Shown here: positions 56,809 through 64,000 of the stretch, in pieces
How the letters are laid out: each line of letters begins with the position of its first letter
How positions within the stretch are numbered: the first letter of the stretch is position 1
DNA from: an uncultured Bacillota bacterium
GTDB taxonomy: Bacteria; Bacillota_I; Bacilli_A; RF39; UBA660
Assembly (NCBI GenBank): GCA_905212975.1
Contig: CAJMGO010000004.1
Location: 4,044-68,043 of the forward strand
Direction: 5' to 3'
Length of the DNA stretch: 64,000 nucleotides
Translations under genes and position numbers: made by a program
Notes under the pieces: generated by a model
What the model was told of the DNA's origin: nothing
What the model saw: the letters and a program-made list of their open reading frames with translations, nothing else
Databases searched by the model: none

Positions 56809-58233
56809 ATGAAATTGTACAACACATTATCGAGAAAAATAGAGGAATTTATTCCTAGAGATGGAAAACATGTAAAAATGTATACTTGTGGTCCTACAGT
56901 ATATCATTATGCACATATAGGTAATCTTAGAACATATATAATGGAAGATATTTTGGAAAAAAGTTTAAATTATATTGGTTATAATGTTCAAAGATGTATG
57001 AACATAACTGATGTTGGACATTTATCTAGTGATGCTGATACAGGTGAAGATAAAATGGTAAAAGGCGCTAAAAGAGAACACAAAACGGTTTTAGAAATAG
57101 CCAAATATTATACACAATGTTTTTTTAATGATTTGAAAAAACTAAATGTAAAAAAACCAGATATTATAGTACCTGCAACTTCATGTATTGATGAATACAT
57201 CAATATGATTGAAAAATTATTAAATGATGATTATGCATATAAAGCAGGGGGAAATATATATTTTGATACTTCCAAGTTAAAAGAGTATTATGTTCTTACT
57301 AATCATTCAGAAGATTCTTTGATTGAAGCTGTAAGAAATGATGTTGAAATTGATTCGAATAAAAAAAATAAAAATGATTTTGTTCTTTGGTTTACTAAGT
57401 CTAAATTTGAAGATCAACAACTAAAATGGGATAGTCCTTGGGGAATTGGTTATCCTGGATGGCACATAGAGTGTTCTTGCATTTCATTAAAATATTTAGG
57501 CGAATATTTGGATATTCATTGTGGTGGTGTTGATAATATATTTCCACATCATACTAATGAAATAGCTCAATCTGAAAGCTATTTGGGACATAAATGGTGT
57601 AATTATTGGTTTCATAGTGAACATTTAAATGATCAAACTGGTAAAATGAGCAAATCTAAAGAAAATTTTTTGACAATTTCATTACTTGAAGAAAAAGGTT
57701 ATAATCCAATTGTTTATAGGCTATTTTGTCTACAATCACATTATAGAAAACAGTTATTATTTTCGTATGATGCTTTAGATCAAATTTCTAATACATACAA
57801 TAAACTATTAAATAAGATTAAAACAATAAAGGAAAATTTATCAGGTGAATTAAATGGTGATAAAATAATATATTATCAAAATAATTTTACAAAAGCACTT
57901 GAAAATGATTTAAATACTTCATCTGCTATTACAGTATTATATGATGTAATTAAGGATGAAGATTTATCTAATAATTCAAAAATATATTTAATAGGAGATT
58001 TTGACAAAGTATTATCTTTAGATTTATTAAATGATAAAGATAATAAAGAGGATAGCATTGATATAGAATTAAAAAAATATATAGAAAATAAAATTAATTT
58101 AAGAAAACAAGCAAAAGAAGATAAAAATTATGAATTAGCGGATAATATACGAAAAGAATTAGCAAGTAAAGGTATTTATATAAAAGATACAAGAGAAGGT
58201 ACAATATATGAAATAAAGACTATTAATCAATAG
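56809..58233 (+). CDS. cysS: Cysteinyl-tRNA synthetase
   Basis: Class I motifs HIGN (YAHIGNLRTY) and KMSKS (KMSKSKENF), zinc-binding Cys, C-terminal DALR-2-like domain. 474 aa. Confidence 0.9.
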   Translation: MKLYNTLSRKIEEFIPRDGKHVKMYTCGPTVYHYAHIGNLRTYIMEDILEKSLNYIGYNVQRCMNITDVGHLSSDADTGEDKMVKGAKREHKTVLEIAKYYTQCFFNDLKKLNVKKPDIIVPATSCIDEYINMIEKLLNDDYAYKAGGNIYFDTSKLKEYYVLTNHSEDSLIEAVRNDVEIDSNKKNKNDFVLWFTKSKFEDQQLKWDSPWGIGYPGWHIECSCISLKYLGEYLDIHCGGVDNIFPHHTNEIAQSESYLGHKWCNYWFHSEHLNDQTGKMSKSKENFLTISLLEEKGYNPIVYRLFCLQSHYRKQLLFSYDALDQISNTYNKLLNKIKTIKENLSGELNGDKIIYYQNNFTKALENDLNTSSAITVLYDVIKDEDLSNNSKIYLIGDFDKVLSLDLLNDKDNKEDSIDIELKKYIENKINLRKQAKEDKNYELADNIRKELASKGIYIKDTREGTIYEIKTINQ

Positions 58234-58543
58234 TCTTTATTTCATATACATTATTTATATCTATCATATTACTAGAAAACTCGTATGTATAATAAACATT
58301 CTTTTTAGGTAATATAATTCTATTAGGTTTTAAATCTTTATATTTAAAAAGAATATTATTATTTTTATCACACATAATGATATCTAAATTTTGCAAGCAA
58401 AAAAAGGTATGAATACTATTACACTTTTTAAATCTGTAGCAAGTCTTAGTTTTTTTTCTTAAAAACATCATTCCTTTAAATTTTGAAAATAAGTTTTTAC
58501 AATTTTTAACATCATATTTTTTATTGTTTATAATTACATTCAT
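58223..58543 (-). CDS. DUF192-family small protein
   Basis: 106 aa. GMMFLRK and YYTYEF fit DUF192 (COG1430) conserved positions (GxMFR ... YVLE). Confidence 0.45.
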   Translation of the reverse strand: MNVIINNKKYDVKNCKNLFSKFKGMMFLRKKTKTCYRFKKCNSIHTFFCLQNLDIIMCDKNNNILFKYKDLKPNRIILPKKNVYYTYEFSSNMIDINNVYEIKTID

Positions 58544-58649
58544 TTAAATCACTAAAACAATAATATCACATAAAAAAACATTTGACAAATATATAAAAAA
58601 AGTATAATATGTTATTAGAAAGAATACTTGAAATCAGGAGGAATGTTAC

Positions 58650-58847
58650 ATGAAAAAATTAAGCAATAAAGGTCAAGCATTAGTTGAATATTTACTTATT
58701 ATAGCTGTTATAAGCGTTGTAGTTGTGGCAGTAGTTAAATTATTGGGTGGTTATTTACAAGATTCTATGACAAAATCTTCTTGCAATTTAGTTGGAAAAA
58801 CTTATGTTGAAGGAAATAAACCAGGTGAGGGAAGTTGTGTAGATTAA
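58650..58847 (+). CDS. flp: Flp/Fap family pilin
   Basis: 65 aa. MKKLSNKGQALVEYLLIIAVISVVVVAV carries the Flp prepilin motif (G|xxxxEY). RBS AGGAGGAA. Confidence 0.8.
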   Translation: MKKLSNKGQALVEYLLIIAVISVVVVAVVKLLGGYLQDSMTKSSCNLVGKTYVEGNKPGEGSCVD

Positions 58848-58851
58848 AATA

Positions 58852-58883
58852 GAAATATTACTTGAGTATTTCTTTTTTTTTTG
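58852..58883 (+). terminator. Terminator/attenuator after flp
   Basis: AGAAATA-N9-TATTTCT followed by T9, typical after a major pilin gene. Confidence 0.65.
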
Positions 58884-58916
58884 GTATAATTTGTATGATA
58901 ATAGGGAGGGTTGATT

Positions 58917-59258
58917 ATGAAGAATAATAGAGGTCAAGCTTTAGTTGAATTTATAATGATTTTGCCTATTTTGATATTATTTATTATGGCAGTATTTGAT
59001 TTTGCCAATATTTTGCTAAAAAAAAATGAAATGAATGATATTTTAAATGATGTTGTTTCTTTATATGAAAACAATAAAAAAGATAAAATCCAATCGTTTG
59101 TGACAGAGAATGGTGTTGAGTTTTTTATTGATGAAAAAGATGAGTTTTTAACAATAACTATTTCAAAAAAAATTGATATAAATACACCTGGATTATCTAA
59201 TATACTAGGAAATCCTTATAAAATAGAAGAAAGCAGGACAATTTATAAAAATGAATAA
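58917..59258 (+). CDS. tadE: TadE-like pseudopilin
   Basis: MKNNRGQALVEFIMILPILILFIMAVFDF is the TadE/TadG N-terminal motif. RBS GGGAGGG. Confidence 0.65.
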   Translation: MKNNRGQALVEFIMILPILILFIMAVFDFANILLKKNEMNDILNDVVSLYENNKKDKIQSFVTENGVEFFIDEKDEFLTITISKKIDINTPGLSNILGNPYKIEESRTIYKNE

Positions 59259-59622
59259 TAGAGGACAAACATTAACTATATTTATTATTTTAATACCAGT
59301 ATTATTTATGTTACTTGGAGTTATTATTGATATATCGTATGCTACATATGAAAAAAGAAATGTTGAAAATAATATAAAGTATACTGTTAGAACATCTTTT
59401 AGTAAAAATTTAGATGAAGAACAAACGATTGAATTAATTAAAAAAAATATTAAAAACATTGAAGATTATAAAGTTTATTATGATAATGGTGATTTATATG
59501 TATATATAAAAACTAAAGTAAATGGTATATTTAGTAATTTATTTAGTAATCCTATAAAAAATATTGAGGTAACATACAAAGGTACATTTGATGGAGATAA
59601 TATTATTGTAGAAAGGGGATAA
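59251..59622 (+). CDS. TadE/TadF-like pseudopilin
   Basis: MNNRGQTLTIFIILIPVLFMLLGVIIDIS. Overlaps the previous gene by 8 nt. Confidence 0.65.
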   Translation: MNNRGQTLTIFIILIPVLFMLLGVIIDISYATYEKRNVENNIKYTVRTSFSKNLDEEQTIELIKKNIKNIEDYKVYYDNGDLYVYIKTKVNGIFSNLFSNPIKNIEVTYKGTFDGDNIIVERG

Positions 59623-59624
59623 TT

Positions 59625-60386
59625 ATGGCAATAAAACAAGCAAAGGTATTTACAATTTCTTCTGTTAAAGGGGGAGTAGGAAAAACTATTACAACAATTA
59701 ATTTAGCAGGTATATTTGAACATGAAAACAAAAAGGTTCTAATAATGGATTTAGATATGTATGCTGGTGCTGTATCACTTTATTTGAATATGGAGAATAA
59801 TACTGACATATTTAAATTAGTTGATGATTTGAGAGAAAACAGGTTTACTAAAATAGAGGATTATGTTGAAAAATATGATGAATATATTGATGTTCTTCCT
59901 TCTCCTCGTGATCCAAGACTTGCTAATAAAATTGGTATTAAATATTTAAATATTGTTATTGCCAAATTAAAATCAAGATATGACGTAATATTAATAGATA
60001 CAAATCATACATTAGATGAAATTAATTTGACTGCATTAGATCAAAGTGATAAAGCTTTATATATAATAAATAATGATTTAGCTGATACTAAAAATATGCG
60101 ATCACTTATGAATATTTATTACAATATGGATATGAAAAATTATGTTGTAGTACTTAATTATTCCAATAGACAAAATAAAAAATATTTTACCGAATATGAT
60201 TTAAAACATATGATTAATAATTCTATAGATTATATTATTCCTGAATCTATGTATGTGAAAAAAATTGAAAAATATTTACTTGATGGAAATATTTTAACTT
60301 TAGATAAAAGATTTGTAAAAAAGAATAAAAAGGGAGTACAAGTATTAGAAAAAATTGCTAATAATTTAGTACGTGAAGATAAGTAG
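59625..60386 (+). CDS. cpaE: CpaE/TadZ-like ParA/MinD-family ATPase
   Basis: Deviant Walker A SSVKGGVGKTITTINLA. 253 aa. Confidence 0.7.
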   Translation: MAIKQAKVFTISSVKGGVGKTITTINLAGIFEHENKKVLIMDLDMYAGAVSLYLNMENNTDIFKLVDDLRENRFTKIEDYVEKYDEYIDVLPSPRDPRLANKIGIKYLNIVIAKLKSRYDVILIDTNHTLDEINLTALDQSDKALYIINNDLADTKNMRSLMNIYYNMDMKNYVVVLNYSNRQNKKYFTEYDLKHMINNSIDYIIPESMYVKKIEKYLLDGNILTLDKRFVKKNKKGVQVLEKIANNLVREDK

Positions 60387-61718
60387 GTGATGAATGTGGC
60401 TAGAAAATTTATAGATGAATTTGATGTTAAATTTGATGAGAGTGATTATAGTATTATAAAAGACTATGATGCATTTGAAAATAAGGAATTACTTGATCAA
60501 TTAAGAACAAAAATTATTCAAAATTTAATTGATAATAATTTAACAGCAAAAGGTACAATGGATGATTTTGTTAAAACTGAGATAGATAAAACATTAGAAG
60601 GATATGATTTGTCTGATATTGAAAGAAGCTATATTTATAATCTTATCGATAATGAAATTAACGGGTATGGACCATTATCTGAATTACTTGAAGATAAAGA
60701 TATAACTGAAATTATGGTTAATGGTAAAGACCAAATATATATAGAACTAAATGGTGAGATTATTAAAGACGATGGGATTTCTTTTATAAATGATGACCAT
60801 ATTATAAGAACTATACAAAGAATGATTCAACCACTTGGTAGAACAATAGATACAACAAATCCTATGGTTGATGCTAGACTTGAAGATGGATCGCGTTTGA
60901 ATGCTGTTATTCCACCACTTTCCTTAAAAGGGCCAGTTCTTACAATTCGTAAATTTAAACCAGAACTTGCTAATATAGAGGACTTTCTTAGAAATGGGAC
61001 TTTAACCCCATATATGGCAAGATTTTTGGAAGCTTGTGTTAAGGCAAAACTAAATATAATTATATGTGGAGGTACTGGTGGAGGTAAAACAACATTACTT
61101 AATGTTTTATCTTCATTTATTGGTAGTGATGAAAGAATTATTACTATTGAGGATGCTGCAGAATTAAAACTTAATCAGGAACATGTTATTTCACTTGAAA
61201 CTAGACTTACAAATTATGAGGGTGAAGGTGCTATAACTATTAGAGATTTAGTTATTAATTCACTTCGTATGAGACCTGATAGAATTATTGTAGGTGAAGT
61301 ACGTGGTAAGGAAGCTTTTGATATGCTACAAGCAATGAACACAGGACATAGTGGTAGTTTAACTACAATGCATGCAAATGGGCCAATAGATGCACTTAAT
61401 AGACTTGAAACAATGATTCTTATGGCTGGAATGGAAATACCTGTTAAAGCTTTAAGAGAATACATTGAAAATGCAATTAATATAGTTGTACATATTCAAA
61501 GACTTTCAGATGGTAAGAGAAAAATTACAAGTATATGTGAAGTTGATGGATTTAAAGATGATGTAATTAATTTAAATGAAATTTTCTCATTCAAACAAGA
61601 TGGTTTAACTTCAAATGGTGAAGTTATGGGTGAGTTTGTAATGAGTAAAAAAGTACCAGAAGTGTATAAGAAAATTAAAAGAGCTGGTATTGATGATATA
61701 GATGATATTTTTGAATAG
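60387..61718 (+). CDS. tadA: Tad secretion ATPase TadA/CpaF (VirB11 family)
   Basis: Walker A GGTGGGKTTLLN, Asp box, Walker B and His box (HANGP). 443 aa. Exact start uncertain (GTG 60387 or ATG 60390). Confidence 0.85.
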   Translation: MMNVARKFIDEFDVKFDESDYSIIKDYDAFENKELLDQLRTKIIQNLIDNNLTAKGTMDDFVKTEIDKTLEGYDLSDIERSYIYNLIDNEINGYGPLSELLEDKDITEIMVNGKDQIYIELNGEIIKDDGISFINDDHIIRTIQRMIQPLGRTIDTTNPMVDARLEDGSRLNAVIPPLSLKGPVLTIRKFKPELANIEDFLRNGTLTPYMARFLEACVKAKLNIIICGGTGGGKTTLLNVLSSFIGSDERIITIEDAAELKLNQEHVISLETRLTNYEGEGAITIRDLVINSLRMRPDRIIVGEVRGKEAFDMLQAMNTGHSGSLTTMHANGPIDALNRLETMILMAGMEIPVKALREYIENAINIVVHIQRLSDGKRKITSICEVDGFKDDVINLNEIFSFKQDGLTSNGEVMGEFVMSKKVPEVYKKIKRAGIDDIDDIFE

Positions 61719-61730
61719 GTGGTGAATAAT

Positions 61731-63236
61731 ATGGAAAAAGATAATTTTAGTTTATATGAATTAACTGAATATGGAAATGAACCATTAATTATAACATATA
61801 AACCTGTATCTTCTTCTTATAAGTATACATATGAAGTGTATAAAGATGGTAAAATTATTTCATCATCTACTGTAACAAATAGAAAACCTGTAGATATTGC
61901 TTTAGATGACTCAGGAATTTATCAAATAATAGTAACATCTTACGATAGGTGGGATCATATAACTAAATATGAAAGTGGTATGTATAAACTTGATTTGTCT
62001 AGTCCACATATCATATCTGATTCAGTTATTAATTTGGAACAAACATCTTCTATATCTATGGATATGTTTAAATCAAATATAAGAGTAGAAGATAATATTG
62101 ATAAAGATTTATATGATGATATAAAGTGTGATTTTGATAAATATAATTTTTCTAAGTCTGGATTGTATAAAGTTGATTGTTCTGTAAGTGATAAAGCAGG
62201 AAATACAACATCTACGGTTTTAAATTTTAATGTTAAAAAAAGTACTAAGGTACAATATCAAATTACACTATCATTAATTTTATTATTTATATTTATTTTA
62301 CTTATATTGTTTATAAGATATAGAAAAGCAATAGCTTTAGAGAAAAAAATATCAAAATATACAGTAGAACCATTAAAAAATAAGGAAGATACTTTATTTG
62401 AAAAAGGAAAAATATTATATATTAAGATAATTGATAAAGTATCAGAAATTTTTAATAAATCAGAAATATTAAATAGAATGTCTAAAAAGTATGAAAAATA
62501 TATTAGAATTAGTTCTTTTAAAAATTCTATGGATATAATCTCAAGTAAATTTATTATAGGTATGATTTGTATGATTTTATCAATTTTTTCTAAAACTATT
62601 CAATTTGAAGTAATAAATTTACCAGAACTATTAATATCTTTTATAATTGGTAATTTTATTCCAAATATTTATTATTTTGTGAAATATAAAATGTATAGAA
62701 ATAGACTTGAAAATGATTTACTACAAGCAATAATTATTATGAATAATGCATTTAAATCAGGAAGAAGTATAAGTCAAGCAATTGAACTTGTCACTAAAGA
62801 ATTAAAAGGGCCAATAGCCGAAGAGTTTAAAAAAATGAGCTTAGAACTTTCTTTTGGACTTTCTATTGATGTTGTTTTTAAAAGATTTGGTGAGAGAGTT
62901 AAAATAGATGAGATTAATTATTTAACTTCATCTCTTTCAATATTAAATAAAACAGGTGGTAATATAATTAAAGTATTTTCATCTATCGAGAAAACTTTGT
63001 TTAATAAGAAAAAATTAAAGTTAGAATTATCATCATTAACAGGTAGTTCTAAATTGATAGTATATGCGTTATTTATAATTCCTTTATTATTTATTGTGTT
63101 TATTAGTGTTATATCACCATCTTATTTTGAACCTTTATATACAACACTACTAGGAAGAGCTTTGTCTATTTTAATATTTATAATTTATATTATTTATGTA
63201 TTTTTTGTTAGAAAAATTATGAAAGTTAGGATGTGA
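61731..63236 (+). CDS. tadB: TadB-like inner-membrane platform protein (T2SSF domain) with unusual ~190 aa N-terminal beta-rich extension
   Basis: The C-terminal ~300 aa have the TadB/GspF TM-cytoplasmic-TM layout (ELSFGLSIDVVFKRFGERV). The N-terminal 190 aa have no signal peptide and are Ser/Thr/Lys-rich with an Ig-like character (SGLYKVDCSVSDKAGNTTST), preceding the first TM. RBS AGGTGG. Confidence 0.65.
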   Translation: MEKDNFSLYELTEYGNEPLIITYKPVSSSYKYTYEVYKDGKIISSSTVTNRKPVDIALDDSGIYQIIVTSYDRWDHITKYESGMYKLDLSSPHIISDSVINLEQTSSISMDMFKSNIRVEDNIDKDLYDDIKCDFDKYNFSKSGLYKVDCSVSDKAGNTTSTVLNFNVKKSTKVQYQITLSLILLFIFILLILFIRYRKAIALEKKISKYTVEPLKNKEDTLFEKGKILYIKIIDKVSEIFNKSEILNRMSKKYEKYIRISSFKNSMDIISSKFIIGMICMILSIFSKTIQFEVINLPELLISFIIGNFIPNIYYFVKYKMYRNRLENDLLQAIIIMNNAFKSGRSISQAIELVTKELKGPIAEEFKKMSLELSFGLSIDVVFKRFGERVKIDEINYLTSSLSILNKTGGNIIKVFSSIEKTLFNKKKLKLELSSLTGSSKLIVYALFIIPLLFIVFISVISPSYFEPLYTTLLGRALSILIFIIYIIYVFFVRKIMKVRM

Positions 63237-63240
63237 TTTT

Positions 63241-63939
63241 ATGTTTAAAGATGACTTTCTTATTCGCTTATATACTAAAAAAAGTGTAGAAGTTGTAAAT
63301 AAAAAGGTTTCACTTTTAGGTGATAATTTTAAAATGTCTATTTCTAAATATATGACTATAAGATTACTGTTTTGCATATTTTCATTTTTAATTACTGTAT
63401 ATTTATTTAATTTTGGATATGTAATAGCGCCAGTTATTTGCGTGTTAGCATACTATCTTTTTACTTATGTCACTCTTGATAGAGAGGTAAAAAAAAGAGG
63501 TAGAAAACTTGATAGAGAAGCTTTAGAATTTTTTGAAATATTGACACTTACACTTGAATCAGGTAGAAATTTGGAACATGCTCTTGAAATAACTGTATTT
63601 AATGTTGATAGTGAATTATCAGGTGAATTTAAAAAAACTTTATTTGAGATTAAATTTGGTAAATCTTTAGTAGAAGCATTAGAGGCAATGAAAAAGAGAA
63701 TACCAAGTGAAACAATAAATAACATAATTTTAAACATAACACAGACAAACGTTTTTGGAAATAGTATTTTAGAAACAATGTACAATCAGATAGATTTTTT
63801 AAGAGACAAACAAATATTAGAAATAAAAGGTCAAATTAATAAGATACCAAATAAAATTAGTATTATATCTGTTTTATTTATGGTCCCACTTATTCTACTT
63901 TTAGTTTTAGGACCGGTCGTAATAAATTATTTAAATTAG
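63241..63939 (+). CDS. tadC: TadC-like inner-membrane platform protein (T2SSF domain)
   Basis: 232 aa with TM, cytoplasmic domain (LEFFEILTLTLESGRNLEHALE) and TM. Follows tadB by 4 nt. Confidence 0.7.
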   Translation: MFKDDFLIRLYTKKSVEVVNKKVSLLGDNFKMSISKYMTIRLLFCIFSFLITVYLFNFGYVIAPVICVLAYYLFTYVTLDREVKKRGRKLDREALEFFEILTLTLESGRNLEHALEITVFNVDSELSGEFKKTLFEIKFGKSLVEALEAMKKRIPSETINNIILNITQTNVFGNSILETMYNQIDFLRDKQILEIKGQINKIPNKISIISVLFMVPLILLLVLGPVVINYLN

Positions 63940-63947
63940 GAGGTTTT

Positions 63948-64000
63948 ATGTATCATTTTATAGGAATAAAAGGTACGGGCATGAGTGCTCTTGCAATAGT
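63948..64000 (+). CDS. murC: UDP-N-acetylmuramate--L-alanine ligase, 5' end only
   Basis: MYHFIGIKGTGMSALAI matches the MurC N-terminal hFIGIgGiGMSaLA motif. RBS AGGAGG. Confidence 0.6.
   Translation, partial: MYHFIGIKGTGMSALAI

Overview
This is a very AT-rich (about 25-28% GC) chromosomal window from an endospore-forming low-GC Firmicute (Clostridia-like). Sporulation genes present include gerE, GerM-like, SpoIIIAH-like, SpoVD/SpoVE-type cell-wall genes and a YjcZ-like micro-ORF. Most of the window is core housekeeping: the 3' end of argS, rpoE (RNAP delta), a ZIP zinc transporter, PBP-mraY-ftsW, ltaS, ftsK-xer, ldh, def, rodA, dnaB-dnaI, a T-box-regulated thrS, cysS, and tRNA-Cys, -Arg, -Leu and -Met. 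Accessory content is interleaved with this. (1) A tightly coupled four-gene operon (7754-12125) encodes a membrane BspA-type LRR protein, a radical-SAM/SPASM enzyme with a ~200 aa C-terminal extension, a 120 aa protein ending in a poly-Asn tail, and a double zinc-ribbon membrane protein. It has its own extended -10 promoter and terminator, and is the best candidate for an undescribed peptide- or protein-modification system. (2) A peptidoglycan-remodelling neighbourhood carries two VanY-type and two or three S11 DD-carboxypeptidases, a class-A beta-lactamase-like protein, a P-type Ca-ATPase, and an ABC(FtsX)-TCS detox-type module. A ~100 bp gene-end/terminator/promoter cassette is punctuated through it three times. 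(3) A MerR gene is paired with a P-loop-degenerate VirD4/TraG-like protein. (4) A tRNA-Arg is followed by an inverted partial tRNA-Arg copy, an orphan PD-(D/E)xK restriction-endonuclease-like gene and AT-rich DNA. (5) A Gram-positive Tad/Flp pilus locus (flp-tadE-tadE-cpaE-tadA-tadB-tadC) has an unusual N-terminal extension on TadB. No CRISPR array, transposase or prophage gene was seen.
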